Positions 49,048 to 61,150 of a DNA stretch of 64,000 bases are shown here, one piece after another. Numbering within the stretch: the first letter of the stretch is position 1; each line of letters opens with the position of its first letter. The DNA is from Camelus dromedarius. Taxonomy: Eukaryota. The notes beneath the pieces were generated by a model. That model was not told the origin of the DNA and did not search any database. It saw only the letters and a list, made by a program, of their open reading frames with translations. The stretch spans positions 118,856,001 through 118,920,000 of the forward strand of contig NC_087436.1 in assembly GCF_036321535.1 (NCBI RefSeq). The letters are read 5' to 3'. Position numbers and translations under genes: made by a program.

Positions 49048-51901
49048 AGGGAAATGTGTGATGAGCTTAACTCAGGGCCTTTTTATCTCTTAGAGCCAAG
49101 ATGCATAGCAGCATTTCCCTTTGTATAGTTTTCCCCAACGACCTTCTTAGCAAGTCAGCCCCACTTGACAGGTGGAGGTGGACTCAGAAAGGTCTTATGA
49201 CTTCCCGAGGTAGCAGGTGTGGAAGGCAGTGGAGCAGGATTACAATACAAGAGGGCTGACCTCAGTAGCAACAGCAGCTCCCCTAACAGCTGGGCACCTG
49301 TCCCAGCTCTTTAATCCTCGTGGCTGGTAGGGTAGGAGCTGGTATCTCCTTTGTACGGAGGAGGACACTGAAGCACAGGGAGGTTAGGTCATGTAATCGA
49401 GGTTTTAGGGTCTGTACATTGAGTCACTGGGGCTCGAGTCTGGACAGTCTTACTCCTGAATTCATGCTTTAAATACCACCCTTCACGGTGCTCAGAGTCA
49501 TGAACTTTCCCTTTGGCTTCTAGTCTGCAAACCTGGTTAAAGCTGAGATGAGAAACTAGACAAAGGAGTGCCATGAGATCTAATAGTCCTATTTAAAAAA
49601 ACAGAGAAGTACTCCTTTTACAGTGTTAGTGTATTTCAGAAATAAATGAACCAGAATTTTCATTTAAGTCAGGACCATGATATCTAAAGGTGGGAAGCCA
49701 GACTTGAACCATTTAACTTTTCTCGTGGTGTCTAGAACATGTGATGCATGTAACATCTTGTAATAAACATCCTCAGCGTTCAGATGGGGTGGGGGTGCTG
49801 CCTGCCCCTCAGCAAAGCTCCTGCCCATGTGTAAATAGCCAGGACCTGGGCTTTGCTGGGGGATTTGATTGTAAAACCACTGGGGACAGGATTCTTTTCC
49901 TGTGATTATAATCATCATCTGAGCTTTGGTCTGGTTCCCAAATGATTGATGTGATTAGTTGCATAAACTAAAATATTTTTCTCCTTGAGATCTTCTCAGT
50001 TGCCTTGTAGAATCTTGTTCATTGGTATGTTCTTCAGTTTTTTCCCTTCCTGATAAAGGGAAGGAAGGTAAGTGCATTGAGCCCTGCTCTGTGCTGGGAC
50101 CGTGCTGGACCCTTCCTTACAAACATCAGCTCACCCACCCCAGTGCTGCCTTTTGTTGTGTCACAGTTCGTAGCTGCAGAGTTTAGGGTTGGGGCTCAGA
50201 CTCACAGTGTACCAGAGCCAGGGAGTCAGTCCGTATCTGTCACTCAAGCCCCTCATACCTGCTACACCCCACTGACCCCACTGGACATTTTCTTTGTAAA
50301 AGGAAATTCAGCGTGTAAAACCAGATATTCAAAATTCACTGTCTGTTGCAATCGGAACATGAAAGGTCTGTTCTGGTCAAGAATCCTATTGAAATGGATT
50401 TTTCCCCTTGAATTTTGCCAACAAGTTGATTTTCTGCTCCGCTGCTGACTGTGCTTTTCTGTGATCAGTCTTTCCTTGCTCAGTCATGTTCTACTTCTGC
50501 TTGCCTTTTAAACTAATGTGCTCAAGTGTGGGGAAAATGTTCTCCATGTAGTAACACCCTGTGCTAGTGATCAGCTCACTGTGTACGTGGCTCTATTTAG
50601 GGCAATGTCAATTTGGTATAAATCCTCTGTGAGAAATTCAGCAAGAACAAAAAGCTTCAGAGGAAAATATCCCTGCAGCCTTCCCAAGTGCCTTTGTCTC
50701 AGTCACTATGGTTTCTGGGCAAACGAAGAAAATGCTCAGGAAGGATTTTCTTTTAATAAAGAAGCTGAAACAAAGAGCCAAGGATGGCAGTAAAATGATA
50801 AACACATTTATTTTGAGTTTGACTTATAAAACTAGAATATAGAGAAGTACAGCAAATATATTGAAGTGTTTCCTCCAATTAAAAACAAACAACTCCAGCC
50901 CTGTGCTACATCAGAGAAGCTGAGCGGTAAGACAGAAGGTGGCTGCTGTGAAGCAGGGCAGAGGTGGCCTGGTCCACATCCCACGTGACTCCAGGCAGCT
51001 GTGGGGTCTCCCCCAGATGGCATGGCTCTTACAGAAACTGCAGTGTCCTCCAGCTCTTGGCTTGGCACCGCCACTCAGTGGTCAAGTCACATCATCTTTC
51101 TGCGTGTCTTCCTGTGGTGTGGGGTGATTAAAATATTTACTGGGGAATGTGAGTCAAGTTCAGAGACATGTGTGTTGGAAAGCTCTTGGTAAGCTGGACT
51201 GTAGACATGGTTTCAGCTTTTATTACACGTCGGAGCTGACCTCGGCACCCGAGAGCTCTCCAGGGTCCTGAAAGGCTTGTCCCTCACTTCCAGACTCCAA
51301 GGACCACCGTAGGAGTGAGCAAGGGAGCTTGTCGTTTATTGTGCACCTACTGCATGCCTGGTACCTTGCTAGGTGCTCTGGAGCATTCTCTCACTAACAC
51401 ATGTGGCTACTAGCCTGGCTCTTTGCCTTTGTCTGGCCCAAGCTCTACCTTCCTGTCACCTGTTCCTTAAGTCCCCATACACTGCCCTTACCTCTTCTGT
51501 CTTTTGGTCCCCAGTGCATGTGGCCTGGCTCTGGCAGTGCCAGATCCCCACCCAGCCAACCTGCTGGGCCACTGACCAACTTTGTATCTCCCAGCCCTGG
51601 GAAAGATGAAATGGGCATATCTGGGAGCGAGTTTAGAAAACTGGAAAGCTGAAACAGTTTAAACAGAATGCAGACACCTGAATGCAGGGGCGTCCAAGCT
51701 GTCATTCTGTAACCCTTATACCCTATAATAAATTATTGCAATTATTTATAATTATGTGCTACACAACAGGTAAGTGGCAGAGCTGAGATGGGAACCCAGG
51801 CTGAGCGCCAGTCAAGCTCACCTGTTAAGGCTCTGCCCCCAGTGCTGAGGCCTGGCCTCACCCCCCAGGAAGCTAGTTCCTGAAACTTCATGCTGCTTTC
51901 C

Positions 51902-52057
51902 TTTTATTTATTTATTTATTTATTTTTTACTGAAGTAAAGTTTCCAATGTCTTAATTTCTGGTGTGCAGCATAGTGACTAAGTTGTATATGTATAAATAT
52001 TCCTTTTTATATTCTTTTTCATTATAGGGCTTTGCAGGACATTGAATATAGTTCCTG
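51902..52057 (-). mobile_element. Short L1 3' tail with (TTTA)n
   Basis: TTTATTTATTT...ACTGAAGTAAAG...TTCTGGTGTGCAGCATAGTGAC...ATTGAATATAGTTCC. Confidence 0.75.
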
Positions 52058-54467
52058 GAATGAGATCTGGAGGGAGAGAGAGCAAAGCACTCTGGGGCAT
52101 GAGAGTCTCTGAGTGTCAGCTCTCGTGTGAAGGCCTCTCAAAATAATTCCACCATGGAACCCCTTTTTCACAAAGCTCCTGTTAACCTCCTACGGAAGTA
52201 TGTTCTGGGGTCACAAGAGAAGAAACACTAACTTGGGGGATGCAGTCATGCTTTTTAACATGCCATTTATGTCCAGTGTCAATTTCTGCCACCACCCCAC
52301 TACATTCTAGTCACAGTGATCAAGCCATGCCCCTTCAGCATCACCTCCTACAGGAAGCCCTCCCACTCTCCTAAGGATGTCTGACACCAAAGCCCATACT
52401 TTTTCCAGAACAGCCTGCTGCCTCCCAGAGTGTCATTTCTTTGGGTCAAATGCCAAGACTCCTAGATGAATTTCCTTAAACCTTTGCACTTAAATTTTTG
52501 CTATAGAAAACCCTTGGTTCAAATGAACTATTACAGATAAATCCTAATATTCCTTCCTTTTCCACTCAGTTTTGCAACCCCTTGGGCAATAGATCCAGGA
52601 GCCAGTCAGACAACTGGACAGCTCCCGGCTGTCCTGGTCTAGGCAGGCCCCCGTCTGTGGCCAAGAGCAGACTGGAGTCTGCCAGCGGCAGGTCTTGTGG
52701 GGAGGAGAGAGGTGAGACCTCACCTAGCCTCCTATTTCTGGCTCGCAATTACCTCTCAGATGATCCCCTCATCCCACATGGAAGGGAGGCCAGTGGACTA
52801 AGCTCCCTCCTTACAGAAGGAAACATCCTGAGTGGGGAAGAAATGCCCCTACCTCGCACCTGCTGAGCTATAAAACACATCAGAACTACCATGGTTAAGT
52901 TGGGTGAGGATGGTTAGGGTTAGTCCCCACTTGTTACAATGGCGTAAGCCGCTAACATTCCAGTCTGAGTGGCTAAGACAAAAATTACCATTGGCTTTGA
53001 AATAAGCATGGTGATTACATGCAGCTTGTATGAGACAGCGAGAGGCAGAACCTCTGATCCAAGGATTCAGGGAGTCTCTGAGCTATTTTCACGATTTCAG
53101 GAATACTTCGCTCTCTCCCTACCCAGCTGCCATGCCTGGAGCTCATCCAAATCTTAGTTTTAAAAGCCTTACCTTATAGCATTATCAGCTGTCCCCTTGG
53201 TGGACTCAAGTCCCTTCAGGAATGGGACAGAGGTCATGTACCACATGCCAGGTAGAAAGAGGGTCCCAAAGCCAGAGGAGAGAGACTATGTAAGGGACTG
53301 TCAGCTCCATACTTTATTAGGACCATCCAATGCTTTTAAAATTTTTTTTACTTAATAATATGATTATTTCAAATTACCAGGGGCATAAAGTAAATAATGA
53401 CTGTGAATATTAATTAACTGACAAGTATTCTTAGAGTGAACTGTGGCCGCACACACACATACATGTACATAATAATTGTACCTGGATTACACCAGCCAGT
53501 GCCAGCCTCTGTGGCTGGAGTTGAGTCCAAGTCCCTGCCTTCAGGGAGTTCACAGTCTAGGGGGTCAAGACCCTAAAGTGAACACATACAATCTAGGGAG
53601 AGGGGTGCTGGGGACAGAGGTCTGTGCCAGGGGCTGGAAGACTCCAGGTGGCACCTAACCCAGTGTGGGAGCACCCTAGCCAGCCTGGGGCATCAGAGAA
53701 AAATTCTCAAGGAGATAAATATTCTGGATTGATCTTGAAGGGTAAGTCAGATTTGGTGGGACAGGAAAGGTGAGACAGGTGTCACTAATGGACAAAGAAC
53801 AGTTGTAGATGGGGTAGCTTGGGGCTGAGTCTGATTCATCTCTCTACCACCAGTGTCCCGCCCACGACCCTGCAGAGTTAAGACCCTGCTGATGTTGGTT
53901 TGCACAGTGATTGAATAGAAGTGTAATGTCCCTCAAGGGGGGAGGGTCATAGCGCTACCCCCTCTACAGTCATCTGGCCACACCTGGCAGAATGGCAAAA
54001 GCCACAGGGAGGCAGAATCCCATTGATGGGAAGGAAAGCCTTCTGTGGTCTGCATCATTCAAACAAGAAATGAACTTGCTGTTAGGCAGTGAGGTCCCCG
54101 TCCCTGGAGGTATGCAAGTAGACACTGGGTAATAGCTTCTTGTGACCATGCTAGAGAGACCGAAGCAAGTGGGACAAGAGGACACGCCCAGCCCCCTGAT
54201 TAGGAGAGTCTCAGAATCTCTGTGCTCCTTCCAGAGGTATGTTTACGAGGCAGATAAGGACAAACAGCCTCCCAGAGCTCCAAGGCTTACCGAGGCTTCT
54301 TTCGGAGGCAGGCAGCGCACAAGGTGCAGGCACTGTGTGGTGAGTGGGGCCGGCCAGGTGGGCTGCAGCTTTCTCCCTCCCAGGCCTGGGGCTATGCGAT
54401 GTCTTACAGCAGAAGGCGTGTTTGGAAAGCCCTCTGTGTTAGTCCCAGCCGCCTCCTCCACCACTCA

Positions 54468-55055
54468 CATCCTTACATATTTTGGATATTAACCCCCTGT
54501 CAGATGCACAGTTTGCAGGTATCTTCTCCCATTTCGTAGGTTGCCTTTTCATTTTGCTGATGGCTTGCTGCACAGAGCTTTTTACTTTGATGTAGTCCCA
54601 CTGGTTTATTTTTGCTTTTGTTGCCATGCTTCTGGTGTCATATCCAAAAAAATCATTGCCGAGACCGGTTTCTAGGAGCTTCTTCCTTAAGTTTTCTTCT
54701 AGAAGCTTTTTCGGTTTCAGATCTTATATGGAAGTCTAATTCATTTCAAGTTCATTTTTGTGATGGTGTGAGATAAGGGTCCAGTTTCATTCTTTTGCAT
54801 GTGGTTATCCAATTTTCCCAACATCATTTATTGAAGAGACTATCCTTTCCCCATTGTGCACTGAATTCACTGAGAGTAGATCATAAGCACTCTCACTACA
54901 CACACACAAAAGGTAACTGTGTGAAGTGGTGGGCGTGTTAATTGACTTGAACGTGGTGACCGTTTCATAAGGTATGTGCATATCCAATCATCAGCCTTGA
55001 ACACTTTAAATATATGCTTTTAAAATTAGTCAATTACCCCTCAGTAAAGTTGGGG
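54468..55055. mobile_element. Antisense L1 ORF2 segment (54468-54866) abutting a sense L1 3' UTR (54870-55055)
   Basis: ORF 54439..54627(-) ATKAKINQWDYIKVKS..KMKRQPTKWEKIPAN..DRGLISKI; then sense AAAGGTAACTGTGTGAAGTGGTGGG...CAATTACCCCTCAGTAAAG. Confidence 0.85.
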
Positions 55056-55269
55056 GAGGGGGAGAGCCACACCCTGCACAAAGCAGCTGGCATCGTGGTC
55101 TTCCTCTGTGGCTCTTTTGTCCAGGTTAAAACACATCGTGTGTCTGGTTAAAGTTGAGGTAAGGCTCTCCCTCCTACTCGGGAGGTCAGAGAACCGTCAG
55201 GTAGTGCTGGGTCAGCGCTTACATTTTAGTTCTTAGAAAGAGGAAAGGAACCCCCAGTTACGGAACTCA

Positions 55270-55410
55270 CTGCTTCTCAAACTCAAACGTGCCCTGGATC
55301 ACCGGGGGTCTTGATAAAGCGCAGGTTCTGACCCCGCAGGTCTGATGTCTGCCTTTCCAAGATGCCCCGGTGCTGTCGATAACGCGGGTGCAGGGACCAC
55401 ACTCTGATTA
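55270..55410. mobile_element. MER5A1-like DNA transposon
   Basis: CTGCTTCTCAAACT...GATCACCGGGGGTCTTGATAAAGCGCAGGTTCTGA...GGGACCACACTCTGA. Confidence 0.7.
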
Positions 55411-55454
55411 CACGGGGAGCTGTGTCCCTGAAGCATCTACCACCCCCATGTGCT

Positions 55455-55845
55455 AACGGCGTCCTACCGCAGGCCCCGGCATCGCCTGGCCTGAGTCACA
55501 CCGGATGTGCCAGCAGTTGATGCACTGAGCATCGCTAAACCAGTGCACACAGGAATGGCAAGAATGGCGGAGAAATACCCGCGGCTCCCCTGACCCTCCA
55601 CGCAGGGCACTGAGGTGTGTCCCACACGCCCCCTAGAGGCTCCTCGTGGGACTGCACCCATTGATTGTAGTGTTCCCTGCTCGGCAAGGCCCCCCTCCTG
55701 GTTTTCTCTCCTTCCCTGACCCACTACCCCACTCCCCTATCAGTTTCCTGGGATCACTGTCCCCCCAAAACCGCTTGCACCAAAATCCTTGTCTCAGAGG
55801 TGCCTCTTGGTGGTGCGAGTTGAGGGGGGCAGACCTAAGGCAGAG
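55455..55845 (+). mobile_element. Old ERVL-type LTR remnant (LTR16-like)
   Basis: TTTCCTGGGATCACT...CTTGCACCAAAATCCTTGTCTCAGAGGTGCCTCTTG...ACCTAAGGCA 3' signature. Confidence 0.5.
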
Positions 55846-56467
55846 ACGGGAGGGAACTCCGTTTATCGTCTGCTGACCCTGCCTTCACCATAGAAGGCAC
55901 TTCCAGTTATTCATCGTCTTATCAACCGCAGTGACCCCAGGGGCCCATTTTACATTCAGACTCAGGGCTGCCACACCGCCTGTGGCACATTCCCCTCCGA
56001 GGGGCACACACCCTCAGGGCAGCATCGGCGTCCTCACCAGTGGTACAGGGTCCATCCACCATCATCCTGAGGGTTCTTCCCACGTTCTCCAGGCTCGCGG
56101 CTGCCCAACATCCCCAGTCATCCCAGCAGAGCCCATCAGTTCTGCCCCCCACCCCACTCCTATGTGGGCCAGGCTGAGCACTGCCTCTGTGGTGGTCAAG
56201 GTAGGGAGGGGCTCAGCCGTCCAAATGCCTGACTTCAAATCCTGGCTTTGTGGTCTTACACAAATCACTAAAACATTCTGTACCTCAGTTTCCTCCTATG
56301 AAAAGTGGGGCTGTAACAGGACCTTCTCCATGAGGTTTGGTGCAGATCAAGTGAGTTAAACCAGAATGAGTTTTGTGCTCAGAGCCTGGTGACAGCAAGT
56401 TCAGTGTTCATACTTTGTACCCCCTCCCTTTGCTCTGGGGCATGAGGCCCCCACCACAGCTCCATCC

Positions 56468-56690
56468 AGAGTGGGGATCAACAAACCTCTGTACAGGTCT
56501 AGATAGTAAATACTTTAATCTTTGTGGACCCTGTGGTCTCTGCTGCAACCACTCAACTCTATGGTTACAGTGAGAAAGCAGCCATAGACAATATGTAGAT
56601 GAGTGGGCAAGGCTATATGCCAATAAAACTTTATTTACAAAAACAAACAGCAAGCCAAGTTGGTCCACAGGCAGCTCCTCTCCAGCCCGT
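56468..56690. mobile_element. MER58A DNA transposon
   Basis: AGATAGTAAATACTTTAATCTTTGTGG...GAAAGCAGCCATAGACAATATGTA...GCCAATAAAACTTTATTTACAAAAAC. Confidence 0.88.
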
Positions 56691-57624
56691 TGCACTTACT
56701 GGGTTTCCACTTAACATTTGCTTTCAATCAAGCACCTGCAGATAAAATAAGCAGTGGAACCGCTGGGCTAGCATATTAGTACCCGTGGATGCTCTCACCC
56801 CACTGAGCAGAGTAGGGAATTGGGCGGCTCCACTCTGTGAGGGGCTGTGAGGCTGCTGGTCCTCTTGTCAAGCTAAAGAACAGACTGTGGCCTGAAACCT
56901 CAGGTCAAGAGTCCCCCATGAGCAGCTGTCATTCCCTGTTCATGTTTTTCTCCCTAAAAATGCCATTTGTCAGACTCAGCAGAGAACACCTCATCTTGCT
57001 TAACCCTTCAGCCAAGCCGGAGATCTGCAGACGCCTTATTTTTTGTGATTATTTGTAGGTTGTCATCACGTGCCAAGCCAGTGTGTGACCAAGAAAGGCC
57101 GCTCCAAGAGAACTTGGTTTTTAAATAAGCTGTGTTTCTACCTTATTTAAAACAGCAGTTTTAAAAAAAAGTTTACTGTGTAAAAGTATAATTATAATAA
57201 CCAATTTGAAGAAAATACTGCCAAGGTTCCAACGTGCTAATGAAACGTGACTTGTTTATAGTTTCCTTGTTTCTCTCTGATCCTCACTCTGGATCTGGTC
57301 AGGTGTTGCAAATTGAAGTCACAGGTACCTGGTGTTTCCTCTTGGCTTGTGGGGATTTTCAAGCACTGACCCTCCAGCAGGAAGCCTTAGGATCAATGTT
57401 TTCAGCCTCAGAAAGCACATCTGACCCTGTAAGCAACGCTTCCCCAGTGAGCCTGAGTCCTTTTCAGAGACAGATGCTTTGTAAGGTGATGCTGTTTGTT
57501 TCTCCATCAGGAACAGGTACACCAGAAACTGAATTGGAGAGCGAGGCCTTGACATCTCAGCAACTGATGTAAGTGTGGAAGGAGAGGGGTGGAATACGGT
57601 TTTTAAAACAATCACCCTCATTTG

Positions 57625-58030
57625 GTGTGAGAGGCTGAGAAATGGCCTGTCCCAAAGCATATCTGGGTCCTAATCCCTGGGCCTGTGAATGTTAACTTAC
57701 ATGACAGAAAAAACAAAAAAAAGGAGATCTTTGAGGTCGTGATTAAGTTAGGGGTCTTGAGAGACACAAGTGTCCTTGCAAGAGGGAGGCAGAGGGAGAT
57801 TTGACACAGAAGAGGAAGAGGTCACGTGGCCACAGGCAGAGACTGGAGGGATGCGGCCACAAGCCAAGGAAGCTGTCAGCCACCAGAAGGGGCTGGAAGA
57901 GGCAGAAACGGTTCTCCCCAGATCCTCTAGAGGGAACGAAGCCCTGCCCACACTGTAATCTTGGTCTAATGAGGCTGATTTCAGACGCTGGCATGTGGAA
58001 CTATGAGAGAATAAACTTCTGTTGTTTGAT
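57625..58030 (+). mobile_element. MLT1D-like MaLR LTR
   Basis: GTCCTAATCCCTGGGCCTGTGAATGTTAACTTACATG...CCACAAGCCAAGGAAGC...GAACTATGAGAGAATAAACTTCTGTTGTTT. Confidence 0.85.
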
Positions 58031-59124
58031 TTCTATAAGCAAAAGGGAGGGTGTGAAATTTTTAGTTGGTGTAGTGCAGTTTGCATGTTCACTTTGATAT
58101 TTCAGTGGGCCTTGGGGTCCATTCTCCACAGTGATCTCTTTCTCCCCCATGAAGTTCCCATTCTCTGCTCGCTCTCCTGTTCTCCCCTCGCTGGAGCCCC
58201 GGGAGGCCCCTCCCTCCCCAGCCTCTTAGCAGGTTGTTCTGCTCCTTCAGTGAGAGGCAGAGGGAAGTCTCACAGAGAGGGTGGAAGAAACCCCACAACC
58301 ACTCTTCCAGATCGGGGGCACATCTCTGGGCTAAAGGAGTGCCCCTGTGATGAAGGAGAGGATTCTTGAGAAACAGGATGAGCAGCAGGGTGTCCTGAGC
58401 ATGGTCAGCTCCTGGCTGGCTCTCGGGGCCGGAGGTGCGGGGGGACACTTCTACTTCGTGGCAGGAACCATCTCTTGTCAGAGCTTAAGGCGTTTTTACA
58501 TCTCAACAAAAACATATAAGCAAATGCACACAGCTATATGTTTTTAAAATAAGTTTTTTCTTTAAAAAATAATTTATTTGCATGGTAACAAAAAAATAAA
58601 TAAAAAGTAAACAGTGCACAGAGGTTTACAGTGAGAGGTGGGTCCTGCTCAGAGGCCAGAGCCCCAGTCCCTCGCTCCCCCTCCCCCACCCCACATCCCT
58701 AAGGCGTCCACTGTGACCAGTTTCTAGTGCACCTTCCAGGAAGAGTCCATAGGTATACAAGCACCTCCAGGTTATTTTAGTGAGTACCTACAGGTGGGAT
58801 TTTTTGGATAAAAGGACACATCTCTGACATTAAGTCATAGAGCTCGTTTTGTTCAGGATTTCAAAGCAAACTCTTCGAAACTAAGGAAAACTCAGCCTTG
58901 GTTGTGGGCTCGCTCGGACACCACCACCAGTTCCAAAAACCTCCCTGTTTACCCTCTTTGCCACATTGCCAGCACTTTCTCTCCTGCCTGCTGACAGGGG
59001 CCTTGGGATGCGCTGAAGTCCTCAGCTGTGCTCAGAAAGCCTCAAGCTGGCCAGTGATTCCACAGACGGAAAAGGGACTAGCAGGACCCGGTCTGGCTCA
59101 CCTGCTATTTAAAGCTAATTTTAT

Positions 59125-59676
59125 TTTATTTATTTTTTAACTTTTTTTATTGAGTTATAGTCCGTTTACAATGTTGTGTCAATTTCCAGTGTAGAGCACA
59201 ATTTTTCAGTTACACATGAACATACATATATTCATTGTCACATTCTTTTTCGCTGTGAGCTACCACAAGATCTTGTATATGTTTCCCTGTGCTATACAGT
59301 ATAATCTAGTTTATCTATTCTACATATGCCTGTCAGTATCTACAAATTTCGAACTCCCAGTCTGTCCCTTCCCACCACCTACCCCCTTGGCAACCACAAG
59401 TTTGTATTCTATGTCTATGAGTCTGTTTCTGTTTTGTATTTATGGTTTTTTTTTCTTTTAGATTCCACATATGAGCGATCTCATATGGTATTTTTCTTTC
59501 TCTTTCTGGCTTACTTCACTTAGAATGACATTCTCCAGGGATATCCATGTTGCTGCAAATGGTGTTATGTTGTCATTTTTATGGCTAAACAGTATTCCAT
59601 TGTATAAATATACCACATCTTCTTTATCCAGTCATCTGTCGATGGATATTTAGGCTGCTTCCATGTCTTGGCTACT
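59125..59676 (-). mobile_element. Young 5'-truncated L1 3' end
   Basis: T-rich tail on the left; perfect 13-bp TSD AAGCTAATTTTAT at 59112-59124 and 59677-59689. Confidence 0.93.
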
Positions 59677-59753
59677 AAGCTAATTTTATAGTCAGAGAAG
59701 GCCAGATCCCTGTGCCTGCTCCCTGCTCATGGGAAACCATTTCTGTCTGCAAG

Positions 59754-59852
59754 GGGATGAGAACCACGACCTGTACTGCCAGCAGTTCTTCAGTTCCCTG
59801 CATAATAAGAGGGAACACCTGCTGGGGAAGCAGCACCTGCAGACCCTCACAG
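59754..59852 (+). pseudogene. Exon remnant encoding a degenerate matrin/U1-type C2H2 zinc finger
   Basis: ttctgtctgcaag|...CAG|gtaacc, 99 nt, phase 1-1, open: DENHDLYCQQFFSSLHNKREHLLGKQHLQTLT; fits C-x2-C-x12-H-x5-H with HxxGKxH, first Cys position reads Asp. Confidence 0.7.
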
Positions 59853-60869
59853 GTAACCGGCTCAGTGCAGTGAGGCAAACGCAGACTTTGACTCCATCTG
59901 TGCTGGGAGTTTGCTGATCAGCAGCCCAGAGCCACCTTGTCATTTAAATCTAAATTTAAGACAGGATCTAACCAAACTCTCTTAATGCTAGGTGGGGGGT
60001 GTATTTTGGGGGTGAGGGATGGGGTCTTTCAGGGAACTATGTATAGATTTGCCTCCTAGTTAACCCATATTAACAGGGCAGCCCCATAAATAGTGTGACA
60101 ATGGTGCCCCCTGCACTGGTGGACAGAGATATAAGACATGAAAAAATAATAGCGGCTAATATTTTTCCAGAGCCTGTTACGAGCCAGGAACTGACACTGC
60201 ATGAATGTCAGCTCTTACATGCGATTCGGCCCTACCCCCTGGGGGCCTCGGTGCCTCCTGGAGCCCCGCTGATTCCTTAGCTGCTCCCTTAGCTGCTCCC
60301 CAGAGCTTGCCGGCCCTGTGGCTGCCAGGCCCGGACGCACGCCCTCTCTGCCTGCAGGGCTCTGCACCTGCCGCTGCACAGCTTGCTCACCCACTTCGCT
60401 CAGGTCTTGCTCAACTGGACTCCTTTTTTTTTCCCTCAGGTGGGATGGCATTAAGTAGATTTACTAACAAACCTTGAGCCATTCATAAAGCCAAGATAGT
60501 ATGGGGCTATATTTGCAGCAAATATGTTTTACAAATACCATTCATTAAAGAGCAGTTTGGACCCAAAATTCCTGAGAGAAAATCGTTGTTATTAGAAAAT
60601 GTAACACATGGATACAGGGAATGCAAGTTGTCCCTTTCTTCGAGTCTCTTCCTTTTCTTTATGAACACATGCTCATCACACACACCTGCCACCTGTGCAC
60701 CCTGGGGAGGGCACATCAAGTCTCAGGGCATCTCCTTCCTTGACTATCCCAGCAGGCAAGATGTGGCCAGCCCTGGTCACTCTGTACACAGTTGCATACC
60801 CCCTGCGCCTCCCTGTCTTCCTGCCCATCTTTGTTTCTCTTTGTGATTCCATCATCTCCTGTTGCCACT

Positions 60870-61150
60870 TTATTTGCCCATCTATGCTATTGTTTGCTAT
60901 CTCCCACCAGAATATAAGCTCCTCTTGTTTGGGGATTTTTCTTTTTTTTTGCCTGCTTTAGTGACTGCAGAATCCCCTGAGTCTAGAACCACACCTGGCA
61001 CTCAGAGCCAGCACTTGATGTATATTTGTTGGACGAGTGCATGAATAAATGAATGTGTTCAACAAATAACTCTTGGGCACTGACTCTTTCTCAGGCACTG
61101 AGCCAGGTACTAGGGACACAGGAAAAACAAGACAGAGTTCTGTCCCAAAG
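60870..61150. mobile_element. Two LINE-2 3' ends, tail to tail
   Basis: CACCAGAATATAAGCTCC...CCTGGCACTCAG...TATTTGTTGGACGAGTGCATGAATAAATGAAT, then TTCAACAAATAACTCTTGGGCACTGACT. Confidence 0.7.

Noticed and set aside
49624..50789. Selenoprotein reading of the in-frame TGA codons
   Set aside because: TAG and TAA stops also interrupt the chain in every frame and no SECIS is evident; ordinary decay, including CGA>TGA, is sufficient.
57119..57152. 11-bp inverted repeat TTTTAAATAAG...CTTATTTAAAA (and an 8-bp stem at ~25566-25585)
   Set aside because: Short AT-rich stems, too small for a pre-miRNA and plausible by chance.
60440..60477. Strong acceptor giving a possible terminal exon (GGMALSRFTNKP*) after the zinc-finger exon
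   Set aside because: Phase-compatible and plausible, but supported only by a T-run acceptor, and another exon-like segment lies downstream at 61208; not called.
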